Assembly (NCBI GenBank): GCA_000146465.1
Contig: CP001945.1
Direction: 5' to 3' (one strand)
Length of the DNA stretch: 64,000 nucleotides
Part shown: piece by piece, positions 10,169-20,213 of the stretch
How the letters are laid out: each line of letters begins with the position of its first letter
How positions within the stretch are numbered: the stretch's first letter is position 1
Made by a program: the position numbers and the translations under genes
Notes under the pieces: generated by a model
What the model was told of the DNA's origin: nothing
The model's database searches: none
Seen by the model: the letters and a program-made list of their open reading frames with translations, nothing else

Positions 10169-10528
10169 CTAAAGAAGTTCTTCAAACTCAACTAATCCAC
10201 TGTTTTTATCGTTAACAGCAAATGTGTCGTCATTTATTTCTCCATCCTCCTTCAATATCTTAATTTCTTTTGGCATATACTTCCTGTCAATATCTGCCCT
10301 CTTCTCATCCCCGTCTCTAACACGTAGTAAAACTATGTCGCCTGGAATCATTCGAACACGTCTGTAGTCTCTTCCACGAACCTTTGCAGTCCTGTAAACT
10401 CCGTCAGAACAACTTACCTTAAACTGTCCTTGGCCAAGGGGACATATTATTTGCCCATACACAGTCCCCTCTTCTTCTGCAAATACCAAAGCTCTGTCGT
10501 TCGTAAATCTTCCTTTCCTTCCTTTCAT
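10169..10528 (-). CDS. Translation initiation factor eIF1A
   Basis: S1/OB-fold core (TVYGQIICPLGQGQFKVSCSDGVYRTAKVRGRDYRRVRMIPGDIVLLR) with acidic C-terminal tail; 119 aa. Confidence 0.8.
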   Translation of the reverse strand: MKGRKGRFTNDRALVFAEEEGTVYGQIICPLGQGQFKVSCSDGVYRTAKVRGRDYRRVRMIPGDIVLLRVRDGDEKRADIDRKYMPKEIKILKEDGEINDDTFAVNDKNSGLVEFEELL

Positions 10529-10592
10529 CCACCCCTAGATCTCCGCCAATTTTATCACAACCAATCTTGTAAAGAAAATTCAAAAGTCAACA

Positions 10593-11177
10593 TTAGGGGC
10601 CATGAGTTTTAATTATCCCTTTTGAAGCCATGTATGCAGCTAGGCTCCTACTCGCAATTCCCCTATGGCTTATCCTGTTTTTCTCGTCAGTTGGCATATT
10701 TTTTAGGACACCATTAAATCCATCGGGAATGAAAATATACCCAAATTCTGTTTTGCAATCTTTCTCTGGCTCTGTGATAGAGCCCTTCAGTTTCCCTGAA
10801 AACACCTTCTTGACTATTTCTCCATTTTCATAATGGGCAATTCCCAAGCTACAGACTGCTGTGGCGCTTTTATTCCCTATCTTCTCTACAATCTCCCAAA
10901 TCTTCCGGGTGCCTATTTCGAGAAAATCCTTCACATAGACACCGGGAAATCCTCCTAAGGCTTCAAGAGAAAACGAAGTGTCGTCAACTATCACTGCATC
11001 CTTTGGGTTTATAAAGGGCGCCGCTTGATCCAGTTTGTGTTCTACAATCTTTTCTGAAGGCCCTTGGATTTCGGTCATTGAAATTCTCATGTGATCTATG
11101 TCTGTCTTGAGGAACTCTTTAACCTCATTTAGTTTTTTCAAATTGGTTGTTGCAAAATAAATTTTCCCCGTGGTCAT
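10593..11177 (-). CDS. Inosine triphosphate pyrophosphatase (HAM1/ITPA)
   Basis: IYFATTNLKKLNEVK N-terminus; FGYIFIPDGFNGVLKNMPTDEKNRISHRG matches the HAM1 C-terminal signature. Confidence 0.8.
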   Translation of the reverse strand: MTTGKIYFATTNLKKLNEVKEFLKTDIDHMRISMTEIQGPSEKIVEHKLDQAAPFINPKDAVIVDDTSFSLEALGGFPGVYVKDFLEIGTRKIWEIVEKIGNKSATAVCSLGIAHYENGEIVKKVFSGKLKGSITEPEKDCKTEFGYIFIPDGFNGVLKNMPTDEKNRISHRGIASRSLAAYMASKGIIKTHGP

Positions 11178-11392
11178 TCCTAAGGGTATCAGTTCGTTAA
11201 TAATTCACTCCTTCCTGTATTTTTCGATCCCTCATGCCGTTCTTTCAAAAGACAGGTGAATGTGAATATGAATTAGCACGGAGTAATTTCACAAGGAGCT
11301 ATCCGGATAAGCCTAAGTCTATTAAAACAATTGGTAATAATCTATTTATGGAAACAAACTAATTTTTTAAATCGTAAAATAGTTTGCCCTAA

Positions 11393-12604
11393 ATGAAAGG
11401 AGGCTTGAGTGTTACATCGGCAATAGTAACAATGGTAACATCGATGATGGGTACTGGAATCAACTACATGCCATATGCATTTAAAAGTGTTGGATACATC
11501 AGGGGGATTCTTCTGATAAATGGAGTGGGAATTCTAACGTTTTTCTCTCTATATGCGATCTCAATTGCAGCAAATAGATCCAAGGAGCAAAACCCAACCT
11601 ATTCCTCATTATCAACACACATCTCGAAGGCACTTAAGATCTTAGTGGATATGTCTATTTTCAGTTCGTGTTTTGGAGTGAATATTGTGTTCTACAGATA
11701 TCTTGCGGAGCTCATCACGATCATGGTTCCAATAGGCAAGTATGTGGATCCAGAAATAGGGAGAAAGATAGTTATTGGAGCTCTTTCAATTCCATTTCTG
11801 CTTCTATCATTACAAAAGAATCTTTCGAACCTCAAAGTGACATCCTATATTACGGTGGCTTCTGTAAGCTATCTTGCAGTACTGATGGGGATTTACTGTC
11901 TTTTTATTGGAGGAAAAAGTGCTGAAGAGCCAATGCAGAGGTTTGGAAGCAACTTTTCAGGTGGGATTTCCTGCTTTATGTTTGCATTGTCCTGCCAAGC
12001 AAATATGGTCAAGACATACACCGAGATGGAGCATAAGTCTCCAAGCAACATAATCAAAGTCGCAATGGGAGCTTCGTTGATAGGAACTCTTATTTATGGA
12101 AGTGTTGGGCTTTGTGGATATGCTGTGTTTGGGGACACCATCAAAGGTTCGATAATTGATATACTGATAAGCCCAGAAAGCAGTATCAACTTATATCTCA
12201 TGAGAAACACCATCGACAAGTACGCACTATCTTCAAAGATGGCTTGCATCGGGGCGATGCTGGTTCTGTTTGGGGCATTCCCGGTTCAGATGAACCCGTT
12301 GGTTGGAATACCCCTTAGCTACTTCGCTCGGGAAGGGAGCAACGAAGATGCAGTAAGGAGAAAGGTAGTCTCCGTGCTTATGATTTTATTCTTATCGTTG
12401 TCTCTTCTGGAAGATCTTAACATTGACACTATTCTTCAGATGGTAGGCGCCACAGCAGTTAACCTGGTGTCTTTTACCTATCCCTTCATCTATTACCTAT
12501 ATTTCAGAAGCAAAGTGGACTTCATGTCTGGCTTGGCTTTGTTTGGAATAATTGGTAGTATAGCATCTATGATCTACATGTCATACAACATAATGTTATC
12601 ATAA
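11393..12604 (+). CDS. Amino acid transporter (AAAP/Avt-like permease)
   Basis: 403 aa with about 10-11 predicted TM helices and a GTGINYMPYAF-like N-terminal motif typical of amino acid/auxin permeases. Confidence 0.55.
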   Translation: MKGGLSVTSAIVTMVTSMMGTGINYMPYAFKSVGYIRGILLINGVGILTFFSLYAISIAANRSKEQNPTYSSLSTHISKALKILVDMSIFSSCFGVNIVFYRYLAELITIMVPIGKYVDPEIGRKIVIGALSIPFLLLSLQKNLSNLKVTSYITVASVSYLAVLMGIYCLFIGGKSAEEPMQRFGSNFSGGISCFMFALSCQANMVKTYTEMEHKSPSNIIKVAMGASLIGTLIYGSVGLCGYAVFGDTIKGSIIDILISPESSINLYLMRNTIDKYALSSKMACIGAMLVLFGAFPVQMNPLVGIPLSYFAREGSNEDAVRRKVVSVLMILFLSLSLLEDLNIDTILQMVGATAVNLVSFTYPFIYYLYFRSKVDFMSGLALFGIIGSIASMIYMSYNIMLS

Positions 12605-12711
12605 TAGTTCTTAGTTGGGAAATCTCTAGGGAAATTTAATTAGTTCAAAAACTCTTTCTAGAAAGTTGAAGATTTTAATTAAAGCATCTGTTGAGTTCAA
12701 ATTGTTATGAG

Positions 12712-13761
12712 TTACTCTAGTCTCTTCAACAACTCAAAGACCCTTTCCTGCACATCCTTGTTACAAAAAAGAGGTGTTCTATGGCACGCATCGTTCATAT
12801 CAATGCATATCCACCTGTTGATAAATGCAGTAGGATCTCTCTCAAATTCATTTAGCACCCTCTCTCTTTCTTCACACCTCTTCAGCAGCTGCCTAAGAGA
12901 TTCAATTTTTCTGTCAAGCGCATGGATTTTTTTGGTATAAAGCGTAGGATATTGGTGTAGGTCATCCCATTCAAATGGAATATCAAATATCTCGGTGTAC
13001 TCATCGACCGGGGGGATATCAACTATCAGGTAGTCCAAAGCACACAAATGTGGAGCCACAAGCCCCGGAAGTTCGGGAAATGAAAATCTGTCCACTCCAA
13101 GAATATCTTTCAGTAAGGGATTGCATTCAACTATATCCGAGTCAATAGACATCAATCCGCTCTTGTTTATGTATCTCCACAAGTGTGTTATCACATTTGG
13201 CTTTGTGTCTGTGTATCTCCCCAGGATATTACTCAGCTTTGGAGACAATCTGAAGATTTCTCTTGGGTTTTCAAGGTCGAACATCAATCTTATGGTCTTC
13301 GGGCTTTTATCACTGTTCACCTCAAACGCTTCAGCGTCTCCATTACACTTTGTCCATTCGAAGAAGTTTTCCATGGACATATTCTTACATTTCATCTGTC
13401 CTAGTTGGCCTTCTTGATCCCCAGTCATGTCTTCTTCCATACCCCTATCACTTTCATCCGATCCAGAGGAAGGCCCAAAGTGAATATCAGCTGTTGTAGG
13501 AATAGAGCTATCAAATATAACACAGAATCTTTTCACAACATCGGAAAACTTCATTTGCCCTCCATTCTTATAGTCATTGATCACTCTACTATCAAGGCGT
13601 ATGAATATACCCTTCTTCATAGCAACCTTGACATAACATCGGAGAGACTTCTTGCATTTGATTCTTTTGAGATACTCGGCTTCCATATTCAGTTTCTTTT
13701 CTAAGCATAACCGGTCAATCTCTGCCTCAATGTTTTGTAACTTGTCGTACAAGACGGTCAT
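12712..13761 (-). CDS. SWI/SNF complex BAF60/Snf12-like protein (SWIB/MDM2 domain)
   Basis: SWIB domain: FRLSPKLSNILGRYTDTKPNVITHLWRYINKSGLMS...DILGVDRFSFPELPGLVAPHL. Confidence 0.65.
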   Translation of the reverse strand: MTVLYDKLQNIEAEIDRLCLEKKLNMEAEYLKRIKCKKSLRCYVKVAMKKGIFIRLDSRVINDYKNGGQMKFSDVVKRFCVIFDSSIPTTADIHFGPSSGSDESDRGMEEDMTGDQEGQLGQMKCKNMSMENFFEWTKCNGDAEAFEVNSDKSPKTIRLMFDLENPREIFRLSPKLSNILGRYTDTKPNVITHLWRYINKSGLMSIDSDIVECNPLLKDILGVDRFSFPELPGLVAPHLCALDYLIVDIPPVDEYTEIFDIPFEWDDLHQYPTLYTKKIHALDRKIESLRQLLKRCEERERVLNEFERDPTAFINRWICIDMNDACHRTPLFCNKDVQERVFELLKRLE

Positions 13762-13932
13762 TCCTCTCTAACTGGGGTATGTGAAGAAAGTTATTCGAAT
13801 ACATCCAGTACAAAGTAAACATTTACCTAAAGTTTTCTATTACGAGTGTATGCATCGTACATCTTGGAGATTTTGGGAGTGAGACACCCATTCCCCTATC
13901 CTCATTCAATTGTTTTCCTGGAATACCCTGGA

Positions 13933-16347
13933 ATGAACAGAAAAGAATTATACGAAATGTTTAACCATGGAGAACCCGCAGACACAGGCTCTGTAGACAT
14001 GGACGAGGCCGAATATATTCGGCTATCTTACATTACCAACTTTTCAAGGGATGACATTCTTCTGGATCTAATTCCAAGATACAAGTCTTCATACAGTCCT
14101 GAGGGCACCCGGTTCTTTGTTGAAACGATAGCCATGATTGTGGATAATCCAAGGATGGCAGGATGTGTATTCAGCCCTATTTCCCTCACAACCCTTGTTG
14201 TGAATTCTTTTGGGACATCATACTTTGATGTTATGGATTGCTTTGAAAGGCTAAGCGAAGTCGAAGGGATGCCAAAAAAGGTATTCCTTCCGATGATCTA
14301 CGGACTGTCGTTTAGATGTTCTAAAATGGATGCTACATCAAATATAGCCAGCTATAGCTCTGCACTTGAAACACTGGCAGGTCTCCCTAGTGTTCTTGAA
14401 GAACTTAAGAACGAAGTCTACTGGGGCCTGTGTGACCTTAGACCTGGAAGAGATGTTGTTCTTGACTTTCCTGTGTACTCTGGGTTTGCTTGTGCCTTTC
14501 CTTGCTTTCTTGATGGATTCTTCGAGCCTTTCATATACAAGAAATGTGACTATGCAACACCTGCCCACGACTACCTTGGGATTTCTATGAGGGAAGTGGT
14601 GGAGAAGTCCCGGAGATCGTACCATTCCCTCTGTGATCATTCTTACAAGATGCATCAAATAATATACTCGATCATAAGATCTTCGAAAGAATTGAGGATT
14701 AATTTCATGAAATATGTATGCAAGGTCATATCGGTGAGTAAAGAAAGGAATAAGACTGTTTTCAACTGGAGAGAAAATATAAGCGATGGGTTTGCATACA
14801 ATATGTCCATGGTCATGAGCAGGTTTAATGGAAAGATAATTGACAGAAACATGACCGATAAAATAAACCCAGAGAGTGTGGAAGAGATCTCTGTGGATTC
14901 ATTTCCAACATTCTGCTACTTCTCAAAGATCCATCTACAGTTTACATCCTGTGTCAAGTTTGGAGAATACATTAGAAGCCTTGCTTATGAATACAGGCTC
15001 CTCGATGGAGACGGAGGAGAAAGAATAGAGGCATATAGAAAAGGAATCGACTCAAAGATGAGTGCTTTGAACGGTCTTCTTTTTATGACAGATCTCTTTT
15101 CAGACGAGAAGGCATTTACGGATTTCATGACCGAATACACTGCAGAAACTGAGTACCCATGGCCAGACTACTACTATAGGACACTCCTATGGATGCAGGA
15201 GATGACTATTGACATCATGAAGTCGGCAACAATTTCGAGTTCATTGAATAAGGTTATGGAGAATATCATGGACTGGAAAAGTCCTCTTTTTAAGAAAGAG
15301 GTTGTGAAGATACTAAGCCATCGAAGCAACTCCATAAAGTTCACCATGCTCAATCGGGTGATAGATTACTATAACTCTTTGGGGAGAGATGAGATGAGGA
15401 TGGAACCTAGAAGCATAATCCATTCTATCTTCAAGGAGGGAAGAGTGTTTGCTAAAATGAATGTTTGCAGAAGAAACATCACATTCATCAACTGCATGAT
15501 GAAGGACTTTGAATACAGCTTGTCTGAGGGTCTTTCTTCAATCAAGGATATAAAGGAAGACATGAAGACTGTTGAAGAGCTTAGCAGGGAACTGGAAGAA
15601 GTTAAGAAAAAGAACTCCGAAATCAAAAAGGCAGAGTCGATCAACGAAAGAATAATTTCCATGAAGAAGAGTATCCGTTTCTCCAAAAGTAAGGCAAGAA
15701 ACTCCTTCCTATATGTTGATGGGTGCTTTGACTTGTTTATGCATATCCTCGACGAAAAGCCTGACTTGTTTTTGGTGGAAGAGATGATCTCGAACTTTGT
15801 GAGAGTTCTGAATTGCAATCTGAAAGTGATTGCAGGGCCTAGATGCACAGACCTTGTGATCAAGTCTCCAGAGCAGTACGGCTTTGACGCTAAAAACCTC
15901 CTGAGGAGAATGGTCATGATCTATATAAAGATTAGGAGCTCTAAGTTTGTTGAGATGGTGGCCAATGACAAGATGTACTTTGACATTGAGTTCTTCCGCA
16001 CAGCTCTTCGGATATGCGAGAATAAGTATCTCATCAACGAGTCTCAGTTGGAAGAGCTGAGAAGCCTTATCTCTGATCTGGAGAAAGTCGAGGTGGTGGA
16101 GAAGATCGAGTCTGTTCCTGACGAGTTTATTGATCCACTAACGTTCAACCCAATAAGAAATCCAGTGAAGCTCTTGACTTCTCGGATAACTGTAGACAAA
16201 TCCACATACGATATGTTAATGATGAATGGAGGAATGGATCCATTCAACAGAATGCCTCTTACAGAGGACATGGTTGTGGAGGATTCCGAACTCAAAGAGA
16301 AGATAGACAGATACTATAGCTATAGTAGTAAAGGGAAAGAAATCTGA
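13933..16347 (+). CDS. Ubiquitin conjugation factor E4 (UFD2-type, C-terminal U-box)
   Basis: C-terminal U-box PDEFIDPLTFNPIRNPVKLLTSRITVDKSTYDMLMMNGGMDPFNRMPLTEDMV...ELKEKIDRY. Track start 13846 is GTG; first ATG is 13933, preceded by CCC. Confidence 0.75.
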   Translation: MNRKELYEMFNHGEPADTGSVDMDEAEYIRLSYITNFSRDDILLDLIPRYKSSYSPEGTRFFVETIAMIVDNPRMAGCVFSPISLTTLVVNSFGTSYFDVMDCFERLSEVEGMPKKVFLPMIYGLSFRCSKMDATSNIASYSSALETLAGLPSVLEELKNEVYWGLCDLRPGRDVVLDFPVYSGFACAFPCFLDGFFEPFIYKKCDYATPAHDYLGISMREVVEKSRRSYHSLCDHSYKMHQIIYSIIRSSKELRINFMKYVCKVISVSKERNKTVFNWRENISDGFAYNMSMVMSRFNGKIIDRNMTDKINPESVEEISVDSFPTFCYFSKIHLQFTSCVKFGEYIRSLAYEYRLLDGDGGERIEAYRKGIDSKMSALNGLLFMTDLFSDEKAFTDFMTEYTAETEYPWPDYYYRTLLWMQEMTIDIMKSATISSSLNKVMENIMDWKSPLFKKEVVKILSHRSNSIKFTMLNRVIDYYNSLGRDEMRMEPRSIIHSIFKEGRVFAKMNVCRRNITFINCMMKDFEYSLSEGLSSIKDIKEDMKTVEELSRELEEVKKKNSEIKKAESINERIISMKKSIRFSKSKARNSFLYVDGCFDLFMHILDEKPDLFLVEEMISNFVRVLNCNLKVIAGPRCTDLVIKSPEQYGFDAKNLLRRMVMIYIKIRSSKFVEMVANDKMYFDIEFFRTALRICENKYLINESQLEELRSLISDLEKVEVVEKIESVPDEFIDPLTFNPIRNPVKLLTSRITVDKSTYDMLMMNGGMDPFNRMPLTEDMVVEDSELKEKIDRYYSYSSKGKEI

Positions 16348-16432
16348 TTATTTGGTTTCTGGTGGTAAATAGAATTGGCGGCATTATGTTATTTTATATT
16401 AAGTTCGTGCTCTCAAGAGCCCTTCCGATTTG

Positions 16433-17008
16433 ATGACCCAAGGAAAATTTATTGTATTCGAAGGATTGGATAGATCTGGAAAGACAACCATAGTTGATAG
16501 CTTATATGATAGCCTTTCTTCCATGGGGGATGTTCGAAAGATGAGGTTTCCTAATAGAAGCGGCAATATAGGAAAAGTCATAGATGCATACCTACGGAAA
16601 GAAATCAATCTGGAAAACGAAACCATTCACCTGCTGTTCAGTGGAGATAGATATGAACAAAAAAGTACAATCGAGGAGCTTAGGAAGAGCTCTATACTTC
16701 TCTGCGATCGCTATTCCCTAAGCGGGGCATCTTATTCTGTAGCCAAGGGCTTAGATCTCGACTGGTGCGTTATGGTTGATTCTGGACTTCCCAAGCCTGA
16801 CATGACTATTTTCATAGATATCCCTCTAGATGAAATATCTCGAAGAAAAGGATTTGGAAACGAAGTTCACGACCACCTTCCATTTTTAGAGAAAGTTCTT
16901 TCTGCATACAAGGTCCTTCTTAAAAGAGAAAAAAATGTCCTTATTGTCGATGGAACTTTTCCTATCTCCTCCATTGTTGAAATTGTGAAAAGAAAAATAC
17001 TTGAATAG
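16433..17008 (+). CDS. Thymidylate kinase
   Basis: P-loop FIVFEGLDRSGKTT, DRY-like motif (LLCDRYSLSG), lid region; about 191 aa. Track start 16430 is TTG; ATG is at 16433. Confidence 0.8.
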   Translation: MTQGKFIVFEGLDRSGKTTIVDSLYDSLSSMGDVRKMRFPNRSGNIGKVIDAYLRKEINLENETIHLLFSGDRYEQKSTIEELRKSSILLCDRYSLSGASYSVAKGLDLDWCVMVDSGLPKPDMTIFIDIPLDEISRRKGFGNEVHDHLPFLEKVLSAYKVLLKREKNVLIVDGTFPISSIVEIVKRKILE

Positions 17009-17084
17009 TTTCTTTATTAGTACCTGAGGAGATCAGTGCTCACGTACAAGATCTTTAAAGAAATTGGTTCTTCTCGGGATACTC

Positions 17085-18077
17085 CTATTCAACCCTTTCC
17101 AAATCTGAAGGCGTGATACATTTTTCATCCTTCTCTCCATGTTCTCTGTCACTATCTCCGATAAGATCCTTTCCTCCATGGGTTTGCAAGATATATTTGG
17201 TGAGATAGTACTTGGTCTGCGTAGAATTTTTGCATGTGTTAGGAAAGAGATCAAGAATATTATTGTATGCTTCTTTTCTTGCCTTATTAAAAGAGATACT
17301 CTTCTGATTCATAAGTGAGGTCTTAATAAAAAGTAAAAAGTACTCACTGACGTTGAATAGAAAACCCTCTTTCTGGAAACCTTTAAATAAGGAAAGGTCC
17401 TCGGAATAAAGATGATAACTCCGAATGTCTTCTGCAATTGCACTGAACACCCCTTCCATTTTGTTCTCGCAATCCTTTACATATTTGTTTGCTTCCTCAT
17501 CCGATGGCTTCTCGGCCGAATCCAGGCCCGGCAACCCCCAGTCGAGTTCCCTTTCTTTCTGGAAGATCTCAAGTACCATTAGAGACACATAGTACTCTGT
17601 CTTGCAATCCCCAGGTTGAATTGGCCTTTCTAGCTTCTCGATCCCAGACTTTATAAGACTTGCCAGGCAGTCGCAGATCTTAGTGTCGTTTTTGGGAATC
17701 TTTCCATATTTCCTCTTTGAGGCCAATGTTTTCGTATTAGACAATTTTCCCTTAGACCTCTCCTTCTTTACATCATTTCCTTTATCGAGAGACCCAGTAC
17801 CTGATTTCAAGAGCTTGGATCGTTCCCTTGCCTTGTGTACACTCAACACTTTCTTGGCGCTGTATGGTAGTCTTCCCTTATATACAAAGAAATCCTCTAG
17901 TTTACACTCTATCATCACCATCTGTGTCTCTCCCTCAAAAGGTTCTATGAACGGGTCGTTATAGTCATATTCGTCGGCCCTTTGTCTTCTCTTCCTCGGC
18001 TTCTCCTTCTTCAGGAGATCTATCTCTTTGGATTCCATAACACTTACCTGAACTGTAATCTCTTTTTCAAAGTTCAT
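17085..18077 (-). CDS. Hpc2/ubinuclein-like protein (HUN domain; candidate HIR histone-chaperone complex subunit)
   Basis: ADEYDYNDPFIEPFEGE matches the HUN/Hpc2 motif (YDxDDPFIDD.E); lysine-rich middle region. Confidence 0.4.
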   Translation of the reverse strand: MNFEKEITVQVSVMESKEIDLLKKEKPRKRRQRADEYDYNDPFIEPFEGETQMVMIECKLEDFFVYKGRLPYSAKKVLSVHKARERSKLLKSGTGSLDKGNDVKKERSKGKLSNTKTLASKRKYGKIPKNDTKICDCLASLIKSGIEKLERPIQPGDCKTEYYVSLMVLEIFQKERELDWGLPGLDSAEKPSDEEANKYVKDCENKMEGVFSAIAEDIRSYHLYSEDLSLFKGFQKEGFLFNVSEYFLLFIKTSLMNQKSISFNKARKEAYNNILDLFPNTCKNSTQTKYYLTKYILQTHGGKDLIGDSDREHGEKDEKCITPSDLERVE

Positions 18078-18153
18078 TGTAAAAGTAAAAGGGATAAGCT
18101 ATTGCATAGAGAAAGGCGTCTTTATTATCTGTTTTCTAACTATAGAAGAATAA

Positions 18154-18879
18154 TTAAGTTCTCTCCTGAACGCCACCAGATCTTTTGGTCTTCTTGAGTT
18201 TGATGTCTCTGAGATCCTGCTTGTCAATATAAATAGTCCCTATCCTATCGTTGAATAAATTCTTGGTTGTATTCCTCCTGGGCTTGCTCGGCTCATCAAG
18301 TGCCTTTTTATAAAGCTCGTCACTACAATGATAGCTTCTTGCAAGCTCCATTTCAAACAAAGGCCCACAATCCTCAACACTAAGATCCTTTAAAACCCGG
18401 ACATACTTCAGTACATATCCGCTTTCTGTCCTTGCAAAGACCCATGAGTATCTTATCCCTTCTAGACAGACCTTGGAACTTCTCATGTTGAAAAGATCTA
18501 TCACAAGACTTTCCAGCCTAGGGTTATTAATGTTCTCTAGAACCACAAAATATTTCATATGGAGCTCTGGGCTTACACACTCAAAGTCCGACACCGGTTG
18601 ATATTTATTTATCTTGAACTCAACCATATCTATAATCTCATCGTTGAAAGTACGTCCAATCACAAGGAGATTCTCCTTGGTTACAGAAATAAATATCCCG
18701 GACTTCTTCTTCTTCATCAACTTCTCCACTTGCTCCACACAATCAAAAGCACTTATCTTTTCCTGTATGTGGATTGTATCTCCTCTTATAGCGCCTATCT
18801 CTCTTTGGATCTTTTCTCCCTCGCTGCTGCAGATCACCGAGAGCAAGATCTTCCTTTCACGAGGCCTCTTCACTCTCAT
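18154..18879 (-). CDS. Brix-domain ribosome biogenesis protein (Brx1/Rpf2-like)
   Basis: RKILLSVICS N-terminus; GPLFEMELARSY matches the Brix GPRF.L.L motif; basic C-terminal tail. Confidence 0.45.
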   Translation of the reverse strand: MRVKRPRERKILLSVICSSEGEKIQREIGAIRGDTIHIQEKISAFDCVEQVEKLMKKKKSGIFISVTKENLLVIGRTFNDEIIDMVEFKINKYQPVSDFECVSPELHMKYFVVLENINNPRLESLVIDLFNMRSSKVCLEGIRYSWVFARTESGYVLKYVRVLKDLSVEDCGPLFEMELARSYHCSDELYKKALDEPSKPRRNTTKNLFNDRIGTIYIDKQDLRDIKLKKTKRSGGVQERT

Positions 18880-19035
18880 TTGTGGGTAAAAAATTGAAGC
18901 CAGATGTACAAACAGAAATAAGCACTAGTATCTTTCTTTAAAGCCAGGAGACAGCAGGATGCTTCTTTACAGTTCAATAAAACAAAATTATTGTTCTTGG
19001 TTTCACATGTTTACCCCCTTGAACACACCACGCCA

Positions 19036-20124
19036 ATGAGCATAAACTTAGGTGACATATTTACAATATCCGGGAGAAGACAATCACAAAAAGAGGATAG
19101 ATACACAAAGAGTACAATGGGAATACACACAAATGTTCTGGCCAGCATAAGGCTTATGACATCTTCCCGAAGCACTCGGATAGAAAACAGACATATTGAC
19201 ACGTCTCCACATAGGATACTGGATGCACCAGGTATGCTGGACGACTATTACCTCAACTTGCTCGACTGGAGCACCACAAATCTTCTGGTAATAGGGCTGG
19301 GAGAGTCTGTCTATGGATATAATGCCGTTGACAAAAGTGTAGTCGATATCCATTCTGGGGAGAATTATGTGTCATCGGTAAAAAGCAATGGAAACATCCT
19401 TTGCATTGGTACTTCAGACGGAGCGATGCGCCTTGTAGACACCTCGGTGAATAAGGAGATAAATACAATAAGAAATCACCAAGCCAGAGTCTCATCGTTG
19501 AGTTGGAATGGAAACATAATAAGTAGTGGAGACAAAGCGGGAAAGTTATGCAACTTCGACACAAGATGCGGAAAAATCTCTATGGTTGGAGCCCATTCCC
19601 AGGAAATATGTGGCCTGGCATGGAGTGCAGATATGAAATATCTTGCTAGCGGGGGAAATGATAATGTTATAAGAATATGGCAATTGGGAAACAACAATTC
19701 GCAAACGCTTTTAGGGCATAAATCTGCTGTTAAGGCTCTTGCGTGGTGTCCTTGGAGATCGGGGATATTGACTTCTGGAGGAGGAGCAAAGGATATGACC
19801 ATAAAGTTTTGGGATGTTGCCGAAAATAGGCTGGAAAGAAGCATAAGCACACAGTCTCAGGTGTGTACCCTCACATATCTCCCCAAGTATAAAGAAATCA
19901 TCTCCTCGCACGGATACAGTGAAAACGACATTCGAATATGGAAGACTTCCACAATGAATCTAATCTCTTCCTTCGGGAAGCACGGGTCGAGAGTTCTTCA
20001 CGTAGCTCTAAGTCCTGATGGATCGGAACTGGCCTCGGTATCTGCAGATGAAAACTTGAAGTTCTGGAAGATATTCAACACAGAAAAAGCATCTGTAAGA
20101 AGAGACAGCCTCTCGTTTAGGTAA
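19036..20124 (+). CDS. APC/C activator of the CDC20/CDH1 (Fizzy) family, WD40
   Basis: ILDAPGMLDDYYLNLLDWSTTNLLVIGLGESVYGYNA matches the Cdc20 region preceding seven WD repeats. Track start 18991 is TTG; first ATG is 19036, preceded by CCCCC. Confidence 0.75.
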   Translation: MSINLGDIFTISGRRQSQKEDRYTKSTMGIHTNVLASIRLMTSSRSTRIENRHIDTSPHRILDAPGMLDDYYLNLLDWSTTNLLVIGLGESVYGYNAVDKSVVDIHSGENYVSSVKSNGNILCIGTSDGAMRLVDTSVNKEINTIRNHQARVSSLSWNGNIISSGDKAGKLCNFDTRCGKISMVGAHSQEICGLAWSADMKYLASGGNDNVIRIWQLGNNNSQTLLGHKSAVKALAWCPWRSGILTSGGGAKDMTIKFWDVAENRLERSISTQSQVCTLTYLPKYKEIISSHGYSENDIRIWKTSTMNLISSFGKHGSRVLHVALSPDGSELASVSADENLKFWKIFNTEKASVRRDSLSFR

Positions 20125-20213
20125 AGTGCAACTCTCGGAATGCTGTGCAACGGCATAGATCTGTATGGATAGGCGAGAGTCTATAAGTTATATTTTAATT
20201 AAAGCTTTCAAAA

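Noticed and set aside
10414-10419. Minus-strand GTAAGT inside the eIF1A gene
   Set aside because: It encodes the conserved KVSC segment in frame; not an intron.
13846-13932. Track-reported longer N-termini beginning at TTG/GTG for UFD2 (13846), TMPK (16430), CDC20 (18991), RPL13A (33269), TBC (53918), Cet1 (55624), Ran (56379), Swd2 (58529), CutA (32190), Rpb7-like (44966) and others
   Set aside because: Checking the nucleotides shows these first codons are TTG or GTG (the ORF finder translates alternative starts as M). Eukaryotic initiation should use the first ATG, which in each case lies a few to 30 codons downstream and is preceded by a CCC motif.
18020-18077. GTAAGT (minus strand, plus coordinates 18044-18049) ten codons into the HUN-domain gene
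   Set aside because: It is in-frame coding (Q-V-S); candidate AG acceptors downstream give immediate stops. Coincidental.
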